DNA of 56,554 nt, taken from Gemmatimonadota bacterium (GTDB lineage: Bacteria > Gemmatimonadota > Gemmatimonadetes > Palauibacterales > Palauibacteraceae). The translations under genes and the position numbers were made by a program. The notes under the pieces are model-generated. The model was not told the origin of the DNA. It searched no databases and saw only the letters and a list, made by a program, of their open reading frames with translations. How positions within the stretch are numbered: position 1 is the stretch's first letter; each line of letters begins with the position of its first letter. The DNA is taken from the NCBI GenBank assembly GCA_039588275.1, contig JBDHAC010000020.1, forward strand, positions 1 through 56,554, in the 5' to 3' direction. Positions 35,713 to 45,152 of the stretch are shown in pieces.

Positions 35713-36258
35713 ATGCTTCGCCGCTCGTTGCGCCGCTCCGGCCGGCCGGCCGATTCCGCCGATCGGGCTCGCGGGTCGGGGCCGGAACGAGGGTCCGGTG
35801 GAGAGCTCCCCGAGCGCGATGTCCGGCTTCGCCCCATGACGGGCCGCGACCTGGCGGACGTGCTCGCGATCGAGCGCGTCTCGTTTCCGACACCCTGGTC
35901 CGAGCGCACGTTTCGGAACCTGATGCGCCGAGCCAACGCGAGGCTGTGGGTCGCGGAGTCGGGCGCCGGAGTGCTCGGATACGCGGTGGCGTGGTTCGCG
36001 GGGCCCGAAGCCGAGTTGGGGGGTCTCGCCGTGACTCCCGAGGCGCGTCGGCGAGGGATTGGGCGCACGCTGGTGAAGGCGGTGCTCGAAGACGCGAGAA
36101 GCTGCGGGATCCGGCTCGTCTTCCTCGAAGTGAGGGAGAGCAACGCGGCCGCCCGGCGGCTCTACGAAAGGGCGGGTTTCGAGACGGTCGGCCGCCGACC
36201 CGGATACTACGTCAGCCCCGTCGAGGATGCGCTCGTCATGAGCATCGAGACGGCGTGA
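35713..36258 (+). CDS. rimI: Ribosomal-protein-alanine N-acetyltransferase RimI (start uncertain; alternative ATG 35836)
   Basis: 3' part of ORF 34834..36258: IERVSFPTPWS, LAV.P..RRRGIG, FLEVRESN..A..LY...GF..VGRR..YY, EDALVM. Confidence 0.9.
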   Translation: MLRRSLRRSGRPADSADRARGSGPERGSGGELPERDVRLRPMTGRDLADVLAIERVSFPTPWSERTFRNLMRRANARLWVAESGAGVLGYAVAWFAGPEAELGGLAVTPEARRRGIGRTLVKAVLEDARSCGIRLVFLEVRESNAAARRLYERAGFETVGRRPGYYVSPVEDALVMSIETA

Positions 36259-36309
36259 GCGCATGCGTGACGCGGCCCGGTGGAGCCTTTCAGCGACCCG
36301 CGATCCTCG

Positions 36310-36338
36310 TTGACCCCCTTGGCGAAGCCGTCTATCTT
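36310..36338 (+). promoter_or_regulatory. Sigma70-type promoter upstream of ssb
   Basis: TTGACC-17 nt-TATCTT; GGAGG RBS before ATG 36366. Confidence 0.6.
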
Positions 36339-36365
36339 CGAACCCCATTTCTCTTGGAGGTCTAC

Positions 36366-36803
36366 ATGTCTCGCAGCCTCAACAAGGCCACGATCATCGG
36401 GAACCTCGGTGCCGACCCGGAGGTGCGAAGCACCAACTCGGGCACCCGCGTGGCCACCCTTTCGGTGGCAACGAGCCGGCGGTGGACCAGCCGCGCCGGC
36501 GAGCAGCAGGAGAAGACGGAGTGGCATCGGATCATCTGCTGGGACAAACTGGCGGAGATCGCCGAACGCTATTTGAAGAAGGGCGACCGCATCTACGTCG
36601 AGGGTCGGATCGAGTACCGGCAGTGGGAAGGCCAGGACGGCCAGACGCGGTACACGACAGAGATCCGCGCCAACGAAATGATCATGCTCGGAAGCACCGG
36701 CGAACGTGAGTCGTTCCAGTCGGCGCCGACGCCCGCTGCCAGTTCCGATTTCTCCGAATTCTCCGGCGAGGCTCTGGCTGGGGAGGACGACCTCCCGTTC
36801 TGA
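36366..36803 (+). CDS. ssb: Single-stranded DNA-binding protein
   Basis: MSRSLNKATIIGNLGADPEVR, EKTEWHRI, YVEGRI, acidic tail EDDLPF. Confidence 0.98.
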   Translation: MSRSLNKATIIGNLGADPEVRSTNSGTRVATLSVATSRRWTSRAGEQQEKTEWHRIICWDKLAEIAERYLKKGDRIYVEGRIEYRQWEGQDGQTRYTTEIRANEMIMLGSTGERESFQSAPTPAASSDFSEFSGEALAGEDDLPF

Positions 36804-37142
36804 ACCGGCGGCGAGACCCGATACCCCCTCCGCTCACCGTGCGCGAGGGATCTCGCCACTCGCGAGGGTTTTCGCGACTCGCACGTGCCACCCGCTTCTT
36901 TTGATACTTAATTCACACCGCTCGAAAATTGTGCAGATGGAGCGGCTTGCGTAGGTTGCCAACGTGGGCGCAGGTACGGTCTGATGTGACGGCCGCGGAC
37001 CGCGATCCCGCCTGCCCAGGGCGAGACCGCGGCGAAGCCCGGATGTTGCAGGTGCGATCGGCAGATCGGCTCGCGCATTCGGCTCGAGGCGACGAACCTC
37101 GGGTTCGGCTGCATGACCTGCTTTGGGAGGAGGAGGAGCGCG

Positions 37143-38369
37143 ATGAGCCGGTGGTCTCACGTGCAGGGACGAGGTGGTCCACGACCCGCGTTCAGCGGGC
37201 CCCGTTGTTTCCTTGGAATCTTGCTGGGTCTCCTGGCGATCGGCGTCCCTGGTGCCGTGACGGCGCAGGGCACCGGGGATCCTTCGCAGCGTGCCCCCGA
37301 GCAGCGACCGAGTGACGAGCCGCAGCTCGAGCAGCCCGCCGCACAGGAGCGCGTTACCCACGAGGTTCGCCGTGGCGACACGCTATGGGATCTCGCCGGG
37401 CGTTACCTGCAGGATGCGTTTCGCTGGCCGGAGTTGTTCGAGGCCAACCGAAGCGTGGTCGAGGACCCGCATTGGATCTATCCGGGAGAGATCCTGGCGC
37501 TCCCCGACGGCGCGCGCGTCGCGCTCGAGACAACCCGGGGAATGGCCGTCCCGGGCCAGACCTGGCAGCCCTCCAGCCTGGGTGCTGGAGCCGGTGTGTC
37601 GGGCTTCGGCGGCACCAGCCTGTTCGACACGTCACCCGATGCCGGCAACGTTCTGGGTGGGTTGGACATCGACGTCTACAGCGAGCCGGAGCTGGTCTCG
37701 GAGAGCGATTTCTACCGGGCTCCGTTCCTCGTCGGCATGGACGATGACCGGCGTGTAGGAGTGACGGCTCGCAAGATCGAGGGGAATCCGCTGCACCTCG
37801 ACATGCCGCCGTCGGTGCGATTGAATGACCTGGTCGTGGTGTCCCTCAACGGCATCTCGATCGCACCCGGCGAGATGCTCCAAGCGTTCCACATGGAGAC
37901 GGGACCACGCGGGCGTCCGATGTTCCGGTCGATGGCGCTCATCGAGGTGGTGGAGATCGAGGCGGACTCCGCGCGCGCCACGGTGAAACGGCTATTCGGC
38001 GACTACCAGGTCGGTGACCCGGTCGTGCTGGCGGACCCCTTCCTCGTACCCCCGGATCTGTCTCAGACCGACGTCGAGGGCGGAATGGCGACCGAGGTGC
38101 TGGGGTTCGAGATCTCGCAGGCGATCCTGGGCGAAGGTGACATGATCTTCCTGACCATCGGCGAGACGGGCGATGTGCGAATCGGTGACGAGTTCGCTGT
38201 GTTCGATCTGTCGGAGACCGCCTCCGCCCGCTGGGAAGACCGGCTGGCGACGGTACGGGTCGTTCGAGTGCGCTCGACGACCGCGACGGCACGTGTGATC
38301 GACTTGCGAGACACCGCGCCCGAGCCCGGCGCACCCGCCCGACTCGTGCGGCGGGCAGTAGGAGGCTGA
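37143..38369 (+). CDS. Exported LysM peptidoglycan-binding protein
   Basis: GGAGGAGGAG RBS; signal peptide ending AVTA-Q; LysM HEVRRGDTLWDLAGRYL..F.WPELFEAN...DPHWIYPGE. Confidence 0.88.
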   Translation: MSRWSHVQGRGGPRPAFSGPRCFLGILLGLLAIGVPGAVTAQGTGDPSQRAPEQRPSDEPQLEQPAAQERVTHEVRRGDTLWDLAGRYLQDAFRWPELFEANRSVVEDPHWIYPGEILALPDGARVALETTRGMAVPGQTWQPSSLGAGAGVSGFGGTSLFDTSPDAGNVLGGLDIDVYSEPELVSESDFYRAPFLVGMDDDRRVGVTARKIEGNPLHLDMPPSVRLNDLVVVSLNGISIAPGEMLQAFHMETGPRGRPMFRSMALIEVVEIEADSARATVKRLFGDYQVGDPVVLADPFLVPPDLSQTDVEGGMATEVLGFEISQAILGEGDMIFLTIGETGDVRIGDEFAVFDLSETASARWEDRLATVRVVRVRSTTATARVIDLRDTAPEPGAPARLVRRAVGG

Positions 38370-38456
38370 GCCGGTCGCGCACCGGATGGCCTAGTCCGGA
38401 TCCACGAGGCGTTCAGCGCGCGGGAATTCCGCAGGCTGGGTGTCCGAGGGCTGGAT

Positions 38457-38501
38457 GAGACGCCGCGTTCTCCGCTTCTGACGGGGAGCGCGGCGTTTCT
38501 A
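38457..38501 (+). terminator. Strong hairpin, probable intrinsic terminator
   Basis: 18-bp stem gagacgccgcgttctccg/cggggagcgcggcgtttc (with G-U pairs), 7-nt loop. Confidence 0.6.
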
Positions 38502-38769
38502 CGTCAAGTGCCTGAGCCCGCGCCGGATCCCGGTGCCAGTCATAAACCACGCGCTCACGAACATCGGCCGCGACGGGCTGGCAAGCCGGGCGGTGCCGAG
38601 CAAGATTCCCCACGTTCCGATCGATACACGCGCACTCGACGAAAACCGCGGTATGAATAAGCGGAGTGAACGCGCCGGCCGGTGATGGGTACGAGGCGCC
38701 GACGCCGAAACGTCCGAGGCTCGCCGTGCGGGGCGTGCGCTGGGTGAGGGAGGGAGGAGGGGCCTGCAG

Positions 38770-39720
38770 ATGACTGGTAGACGGGTGTTGGTGACGGGGG
38801 GTGCCGGCTTCATCGGTTCCCACGTCTGTGACGCGTACCTCGAGCGCGGCTGGCAAGTGACGGCGCTGGATGATCTCAGCCGCGGTCGGCCGGAGAACGT
38901 CTCACCCGGTGTCCACCTCGTGAAGATGGATGTACGGTCACCCGAGGTGCGCGACCTCTTCCAAGAGAGCCGGTTCGACGTGGTCAATCATCACGCCGCC
39001 CAAATCGACGTCCGAATCTCGGTCGCGCAGCCCCGACTGGATGCCTCCATCAACATCGACGGTCTCCTGAACCTGCTGGAATGCGCGGTTGATACCGGCG
39101 TGCGGCGGTTCGTGTTCATCTCATCCGGTGGGGTGGTATACGGGGAGCCCGACACCCTCCCTGCGCCGAGGTCGGCGCCCAAGCGTCCGTTGTCTCCCTA
39201 TGGCGTGAGCAAGCTCTCCTCGGAGCATTACCTGTACGCGACCCAGAAGCTGCACGGGCTGGAGTACGCCGCGCTGCGCTATTCCAACGTGTACGGGCCC
39301 CGCCAAGACCCGCACGGTGAGGCGGGGGTCGTCGCCATCTTCTCACAGCGAATCCAGGCCGGGGAGTCTCTCACGATCTACGGGGATGGCGAACAGACTC
39401 GCGACTACGTCTTCGTGGGAGATGTGGCCGAGGCCAACATGCTCGTCTCGGAAGTCGAGCTTCCCGACCTTGAGGATCTCGACGATGTCGCGTTCAACGT
39501 GGGCACCGGGATCGAGACGAGCGTGAACGAATTGGCGCGTGCGCTCATCGAGATCTCCGGTCAGGACGGGGGGGTCGAGTATGCGGCGGCCCGCCCCGGC
39601 GAGCTCATGCGAAGCTCGCTCGACTGCACGGACTTGCACGCCTTGGGTTGGGCGCCCGCGCACACGCTGGAACAGGGGCTGCGCGAGACGTACGAGTCGA
39701 TCGTGGGGAGCTCGGCGTGA
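38770..39720 (+). CDS. NAD-dependent epimerase/dehydratase (UDP-glucose 4-epimerase-like)
   Basis: TGGAGFIGSH, HHAAQIDVR, YGVSK, NVYGPRQDPHGEAGVVAIF. Confidence 0.9.
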   Translation: MTGRRVLVTGGAGFIGSHVCDAYLERGWQVTALDDLSRGRPENVSPGVHLVKMDVRSPEVRDLFQESRFDVVNHHAAQIDVRISVAQPRLDASINIDGLLNLLECAVDTGVRRFVFISSGGVVYGEPDTLPAPRSAPKRPLSPYGVSKLSSEHYLYATQKLHGLEYAALRYSNVYGPRQDPHGEAGVVAIFSQRIQAGESLTIYGDGEQTRDYVFVGDVAEANMLVSEVELPDLEDLDDVAFNVGTGIETSVNELARALIEISGQDGGVEYAAARPGELMRSSLDCTDLHALGWAPAHTLEQGLRETYESIVGSSA

Positions 39721-40454
39721 CTCCCGCGATCGCGGGGCTGACAGGGCTGGTGCTCCAGGCGCGCGTGATCGACTCGCCCCTCGACATGGTTCTCGGGGCG
39801 ACGACCGCTACGAAGATCATCCTTCTGGTGCTGGTCATATTCTCGCTCCTCTCGTGGATCCTCATCTTTTGGAAATGGCGGGAGTTCGGGCGCGTCAACG
39901 AGCAAGCCGACCGCTTCGTCGACGGGATGGAAGGCGCGCACGGCCTTTCCGATCTCAATCGTACCCTCGCTCGACTCGACACTTCACCTTTCACTCGCGT
40001 CTTTCGCGAGGGCGTCAACTTCTTTGCTGAGCTCCGACCGGGGGCGCTCGAGGCGGAGAAGCCGGATCCCGGGGGAGGTCTGACCCCGACCCAGCTCGAC
40101 ACGCTGTGGCTGGTTCTGGAGAAGAACCTCGCCCAGGAGCGTGATGACCTGTCGCACGGACTCCCGTGGCTCGCGATCATCGGTTCAGTGAGCCCGCTCC
40201 TCGGGCTCATGGGGACGGTGATCGGCGTGATGAACTCCTTCATCGGGATCACGGCGCAGGGCTCGGCCAGCATCGCCGCCGTCGCACCCGGCATCGCCGA
40301 GGCGCTCACCACTACCGTGATGGGCCTGGCCGTCGCGATCCCCGCCGTCATCGCGTACAACCACTACGCGTCCCGCCTGCACCTGTTCACCGGTGAGCTG
40401 GAAGGCTTCGCGAGCGAGTTCGTCGGCACCCTGGCGAGGGAGGGACGGGTTTGA
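39717..40454 (+). CDS. tolQ: TolQ (MotA/TolQ/ExbB proton channel)
   Basis: GTG 39717; SPLLGLMGTVIGVMNSF, VAPGIAEALTTT..GL.VAIPA; tol-pal context. Confidence 0.9.
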   Translation: MTPAIAGLTGLVLQARVIDSPLDMVLGATTATKIILLVLVIFSLLSWILIFWKWREFGRVNEQADRFVDGMEGAHGLSDLNRTLARLDTSPFTRVFREGVNFFAELRPGALEAEKPDPGGGLTPTQLDTLWLVLEKNLAQERDDLSHGLPWLAIIGSVSPLLGLMGTVIGVMNSFIGITAQGSASIAAVAPGIAEALTTTVMGLAVAIPAVIAYNHYASRLHLFTGELEGFASEFVGTLAREGRV

Positions 40455-40873
40455 AACGCCGACTGGGGCTCACGGAATCGGACGGGGTCGACGTGCGCGC
40501 GGAGATCAATGTCACGAGCCTCGTCGACGTGGCGTTCACGTTGCTGATCATCTTCATGATCACCGCGCCCATTCTTCAGGGCGGCATCGAGATCGACGTC
40601 CCAGAGGCACCGTCCGGACCGATCTCGGCCAGCGATCCGCTGGTCGTGTCGATCGATGAGGACGGCCAGATCTACCTGGATGACGCGCCTGTCACGTTGG
40701 ATGAGTTCGAGGCGGCGATCGGCCCCCTGCTCGAGCAGCGCGACACCGATGAGGTCTTCGTCCAGGCCGATGCGAACCTGTCGTACAGTCTGGTGTTAAG
40801 AGTGGTCGGACGGATCACCGAAGCGGGAGCGGAGAGCGTCAGCTTGGTGGCCGAGCCAGAACTCCGCCGCTGA
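40451..40873 (+). CDS. tolR: TolR (ExbD/TolR)
   Basis: AEINVTSLVDV..TLLIIFMITAP, VQAD..L.Y. Confidence 0.9.
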   Translation: MKRRLGLTESDGVDVRAEINVTSLVDVAFTLLIIFMITAPILQGGIEIDVPEAPSGPISASDPLVVSIDEDGQIYLDDAPVTLDEFEAAIGPLLEQRDTDEVFVQADANLSYSLVLRVVGRITEAGAESVSLVAEPELRR

Positions 40874-40932
40874 GCGGGACCCGACGCCGACGAGGTCCGA
40901 AGGGGGAGTTCGGAAGGGTGGAAGAGGAACGA

Positions 40933-41613
40933 GTGAGTCTCAGACTGCGACGCTCCGAGCTGCGCACGGAGCGGCCACCGCGCGGGGCCGTGCTGGGCTC
41001 CGCCGGCGTGCACAGCGTCTTCCTGCTTGTGGCCCTGTTCGCCACGACCGCCCCCGATATCCCGGCATTGCCGCTGACGTACCGGGTCCGAATGGTGGCG
41101 ATCTCGGATCCGGATGCGCCGCTGCGGGTCGACCCCGCGCCGCCGCAGACCGCCGAGGAGGAGTACCGTCCACCGCCGCCCGAGCCATCTCCCGAGCCTC
41201 TCCCCGAGACCGCTCCGCCGACCGTTGAGGAGGAGTTGACACCGGTGGAGGAGCCGGAGCCCGAGCCCGCGCGCACCGATGAAGTGGGCGAGGAGGCCAT
41301 CAACGTCCAACTCGACGGTGCAGTATTCGCGTTCCCCGCGTACCTGGAGAACATCATCCGGCAGATCGGTAGGTACTGGCGTCCGCCCGCGGGCGGGCGC
41401 GCGTTGAGGGCCGAGGTGGAATTCGTGATCCACCGGGATGGGAGCGTGACCGATATCGACTGGGTGAGCCGCTCGGGCGACCCGACCTTCGATTTGGGGG
41501 CTCGTGGCGCGGTGGAGCGAGCAGGCAGAGACCTGGCGTTCGGACCACTCCCGGACCTGTATCCGCGCGACCGGCTGCGCGTGACCTTCTTCTTCGACCC
41601 ATCGACCCGATGA
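40933..41613 (+). CDS. tolA: TolA/TonB-family energy transducer
   Basis: TM with S-x3-H (SAGVH), Pro/Glu-rich linker, C-terminal domain F.IHRDGSV...SGD..FD..A; start may be 40918. Confidence 0.8.
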   Translation: MSLRLRRSELRTERPPRGAVLGSAGVHSVFLLVALFATTAPDIPALPLTYRVRMVAISDPDAPLRVDPAPPQTAEEEYRPPPPEPSPEPLPETAPPTVEEELTPVEEPEPEPARTDEVGEEAINVQLDGAVFAFPAYLENIIRQIGRYWRPPAGGRALRAEVEFVIHRDGSVTDIDWVSRSGDPTFDLGARGAVERAGRDLAFGPLPDLYPRDRLRVTFFFDPSTR

Positions 41614-42938
41614 GGTCGATGCGAGCCGGTCTCGGGCTGCTGTGCGCCCTATCGATCGCCGGGACGCCGCTGCGTGCCCAGGAGCAGGATCCCGGCGAGG
41701 TTCGCCTCGGTCTCACGTACGAGCCCGGTTACGTGCCCGTGCTCGTGGTCGCGCCGCTGAGGAGCGGCGGAGCCGCCCTGGACGCGATCACCGCTGAGGC
41801 CGGCGACATCCTCGGCACCGATCTCGACTACTCGGACCGGTTCCAGATCCTCCCCGTCCCGGATTCTCTGATCACCAGCGGCCCGGTCAATTACGGGCTG
41901 TGGAACCAACTGGGTGCGGTCTGGCTGGTCACCGCCGATGTGAGTGGAACGCCGACCGCACCCATACTTCGCGTGGGCGTGCACGACGTTGTGTACGGAG
42001 AGCTCAAGAACGTACAGGCCTTCAGCCTCCCCGACCCTGATTCGGACGGCTTCAGGATGGCGGTTCACCGGGCCTCGGACGCCGTCGTGAGCTGGACCAC
42101 CGAGGGCGAGTCCGGGATCGCGGCGACTCGCATCGCGTTCCGGCGGCGCTCCGCCGATGGTACCTCCGCCCTCTACGTGGTGGACAGCGATGGACGGAAT
42201 CTGCACCGGATCCCAACGGGGGCCTCGCAGATCTACTCGCCCGCGTTCTCGCCGAACGGGCGGCGGATCGCGTACACGATCCAGGACGAGACCGGCAGCT
42301 TCGCGCTCATGGAGGTGAACCTGGTCACCGGGCGACGGCGCACGATCGAGGCGGTTGCGAGCCTGTACAACAGCCCCAGCTATGCCCCGGATGGGCGGCT
42401 CGCCTTCTCGAAGACGACCGGAGACGGCACCGATGGAGGCCCCGAAGTCTTCCTGGATGGGGCCGGTCGGCTAACTCAAACCCGAGGGGCCGCCCTCAAC
42501 CCGAGCTTCTCGCCCGACGGCGAGTGGTTCGCGTTCGAGGCAGATCCGCTCAACCAGCAGCAGGTATACGTCCAACGGGTGTCGGGGGGCCGTTCTCGCA
42601 TGATCAGCCGGTACGTGCGCAACGAGCGCACGAACGCGGCGGGCCCAGACTGGTCGCCCACGGGAGAGCGCGTCGTGTACGCCGCGTTCGTGGACGGGGT
42701 GTACCAGATCTTCGCTGTAAACCCGGACGGGAGCGATCGCCGGATGCTCACCTCGCGAGGCCGAAACGAAGACCCCAGCTGGGGTCCGGACGGTCGGCAC
42801 GTCGTGTTCGCCTCCGAGCAGGCATCGGGACGCGGTCTGATGATCCTCGACACGGTGACCGGCCGCACTCGGATACTCGTATCGGGCCACGCGGATATGC
42901 TCCCGGACTGGTCCGGGTTGCTGCCGACCGGCCGCTGA
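41610..42938 (+). CDS. tolB: TolB beta-propeller protein
   Basis: Signal peptide; DLDYSDRF; GIAATRIAF; PD40 repeats (PAFSPNG, PSFSPDG, PDWSPTG, PSWGPDG). Confidence 0.9.
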   Translation: MRSMRAGLGLLCALSIAGTPLRAQEQDPGEVRLGLTYEPGYVPVLVVAPLRSGGAALDAITAEAGDILGTDLDYSDRFQILPVPDSLITSGPVNYGLWNQLGAVWLVTADVSGTPTAPILRVGVHDVVYGELKNVQAFSLPDPDSDGFRMAVHRASDAVVSWTTEGESGIAATRIAFRRRSADGTSALYVVDSDGRNLHRIPTGASQIYSPAFSPNGRRIAYTIQDETGSFALMEVNLVTGRRRTIEAVASLYNSPSYAPDGRLAFSKTTGDGTDGGPEVFLDGAGRLTQTRGAALNPSFSPDGEWFAFEADPLNQQQVYVQRVSGGRSRMISRYVRNERTNAAGPDWSPTGERVVYAAFVDGVYQIFAVNPDGSDRRMLTSRGRNEDPSWGPDGRHVVFASEQASGRGLMILDTVTGRTRILVSGHADMLPDWSGLLPTGR

Positions 42939-43066
42939 GGAACTCCGCTTGCGGTCGGGACAGGGCAGGATAGCTTGTGATACGTGTGGGGATTGGGATC
43001 GGGCGGTGCCCCCCCTTTCTGACTTGGTGTGTGGTCCTCTGGGGATGTCCACAAAAGGAGACTCCG

Positions 43067-43717
43067 ATGCGGCGTAGCCACCTTTCGGCTGGTTTGACCC
43101 TCATCTTCGTCCTCGCCACGGCGTGCAGCGGCAACCCCGAGCCCGAGCCGGCACCACCGCCGCCGCCACCACCACCCGTCGCTCAGACGGATACGGGGGA
43201 CGCGGCCCGACGCGAAGCCGAGGCCTCGCGCCTTTGCGAGCGCGCGATGGCGGCCATCGAGGCCGGCAATTACGAGACGGCCCGGGAGCTGCTCCGCCAG
43301 GTGTTGCGCGACTATCCCGGAACCGAGTGTGCCAGCCGCGCGACCGACGAGATCGATCGCGTCGAAACGCTGGAGGCGGTGACGGCGCGCATCCACTTCG
43401 AGTTCAACCTGGCCCGGATCACCGATGAATCGGCGACGGTGCTGCAGCGCAAGGCGGATGCTTTGCGGGCGCACCCGGACGTTCAGATCACGATCGAAGG
43501 GCATTGCGACGAGCGCGGCTCGCTCGAGTACAACCAGGCGCTCGGGCTCAGGCGCGCGGAGGCGGCGAGAAACTACCTCGTCAGCCTCGGGCTGGACGCC
43601 GACCGTTTCCGAACCGTGAGCTTCGGTGAGGAGCGCCCGCTCGCGGCCGCGAGCAACGAGACCGCGTGGGCCCAGAATCGGCGGGACGAGTTCCGGATTA
43701 CGGCAGGAGATATATGA
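43067..43717 (+). CDS. pal: Peptidoglycan-associated lipoprotein Pal, with extra TPR-like hairpin
   Basis: AAGGAG RBS; lipobox ATAC; OmpA domain IEGHCDERGSLEYNQALGLRRA, SFGEERP, NRRDEF. Confidence 0.92.
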   Translation: MRRSHLSAGLTLIFVLATACSGNPEPEPAPPPPPPPPVAQTDTGDAARREAEASRLCERAMAAIEAGNYETARELLRQVLRDYPGTECASRATDEIDRVETLEAVTARIHFEFNLARITDESATVLQRKADALRAHPDVQITIEGHCDERGSLEYNQALGLRRAEAARNYLVSLGLDADRFRTVSFGEERPLAAASNETAWAQNRRDEFRITAGDI

Positions 43718-44466
43718 TGCACCGCTTCGCGCTCGTAGCGCTGGCCGCGCTGCTCGGCGCGGGGTGCGCGATGAAGGCCGACTTGGAGTCTCTCGAGCAG
43801 TCGATGCTTGCGGAGATGCAGGAAATGCGAGCCGAGCAACAGGCTCTGCTTGCGCAGCTGGCGATCGCCTTCGATAGCCTGGACGCCGCTCAGGGGCGAC
43901 GCGATCTGACCGGCCGGGGCGAGTTCGATCGCCGCATCGAACGGCTGGAGGACCAGATCGCGGAGCTGCTCGACCTCACGGCCCAGAACAACCAGCTGCT
44001 CAACGACCTGTACGCCAATCGCTCCACCCTCGGGGTCGACCAAGGCGCCCGCCCCGGGGCGATCGGCGCACCGTCGGGCGATGAGGACCCCGTCGCCACG
44101 GAGTTTTACTCGGCGGCCCAGGCCCAGTATCGCCAGGGCAACTACGAGACGGCGAGGGGGGCGTTCGAGGAGTTCCTCGCCCAGTATCCGACGCACGAGC
44201 TGGCGCCCGACGCCCAGTACTTCCTCGCGGAGACGTACGCGTCCACCGGTGATCAAGCGCTGGCCCTCGTCGAGTACCAGCGGGTGATGGAGCTCTATCC
44301 CGACTCGCGACGAGCTCCGACCTCGCTCTACAAAAGGGGCCTGATCGAGGAACAGCGCGGCAACCTCGCGCTGGCCCGGAGCCTCTTCCGACAGATCGAG
44401 GCCGGGTACCCGAACAGCCCCGAAGCCGAGGCGGCTCGCGAGAAGCTCCGCCGCCTCGATAGCTGA
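43714..44466 (+). CDS. cpoB: Tol-Pal coordinator CpoB/YbgF-like TPR lipoprotein
   Basis: ATG 43714; lipobox GAGC; coiled coil; three TPRs (YP.HELAPDAQY, YP.S.RAP..LYK.G, YPNSPEA). Confidence 0.85.
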   Translation: MMHRFALVALAALLGAGCAMKADLESLEQSMLAEMQEMRAEQQALLAQLAIAFDSLDAAQGRRDLTGRGEFDRRIERLEDQIAELLDLTAQNNQLLNDLYANRSTLGVDQGARPGAIGAPSGDEDPVATEFYSAAQAQYRQGNYETARGAFEEFLAQYPTHELAPDAQYFLAETYASTGDQALALVEYQRVMELYPDSRRAPTSLYKRGLIEEQRGNLALARSLFRQIEAGYPNSPEAEAAREKLRRLDS

Positions 44467-44544
44467 TGCACACGCCCACGCGGACTCCGACCGCGTGGGA
44501 TGTCCTCCACCGCAGGCACTCCCCCCGATCGCGAGGGGCTCGCG

Positions 44545-45057
44545 TTGCGTTGCCCGAGCTGTGACCATCCGGAAGATCGGGTCGTCGACTCACGCACGAG
44601 TCGCGGCGGCCGCGCCATCCGTCGTCGGCGCGAGTGCCTCAACTGCGGGCGCCGGTTCACGACGTACGAGCACATCGAAGAGGAGCCGCTCGCGGTGCGC
44701 AAGCGCACCGGGGCGTCAGAGGCGTATGACCGCGCCAAGCTCCTGGCCAGCATCGGTACCGCATGCGCCAAGCGGGCGGTTTCGATCGCCGAGATCGAGG
44801 CCGTGGTCGATGAGATCGAAGAGGTGCTCGAGGCCTCCGACACGCGCGAAGTGTCGAGTCGAGCGCTCGGCGAGATGGTGATGGAACGCCTGCGGTTGCT
44901 GGACCAGGTCGCGTACGTTCGTTTCGCCTCGGTATACAGGAACTTCCAGGACACCACGGAGTTCATGGAAGAGGTGCGCGAGCTGGTTCGGCGCGCGCGG
45001 TATCAAGCGGCGGGACAGGTGGATCTGTTCATGCCCGGCGATGAGCCCGAGGCCTGA
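44545..45057 (+). CDS. nrdR: Transcriptional repressor NrdR
   Basis: TTG 44545 gives canonical MRCPSC (ATG 44500 possible); VVDSR, IRRRREC..C..RFTTYE, VAYVRFASVYR. Confidence 0.96.
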   Translation: MRCPSCDHPEDRVVDSRTSRGGRAIRRRRECLNCGRRFTTYEHIEEEPLAVRKRTGASEAYDRAKLLASIGTACAKRAVSIAEIEAVVDEIEEVLEASDTREVSSRALGEMVMERLRLLDQVAYVRFASVYRNFQDTTEFMEEVRELVRRARYQAAGQVDLFMPGDEPEA

Positions 45058-45152
45058 GTCGGGCCGGCCGACGCCGGTCTATCCCCCGGGCCTCCAGGCG
45101 GTGCTGCCTCCCGCGCGGCCCAGCGATCTCTAGCACCCGCCAGGAGTAGGTC

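Noticed and set aside
34834..36803. Apparent 474-aa RimI and 482-aa SSB fusion ORFs
   Set aside because: The upstream parts are off-frame read-through over tsaE/tsaB/rimI; real starts lie downstream (ssb has its own RBS and promoter)
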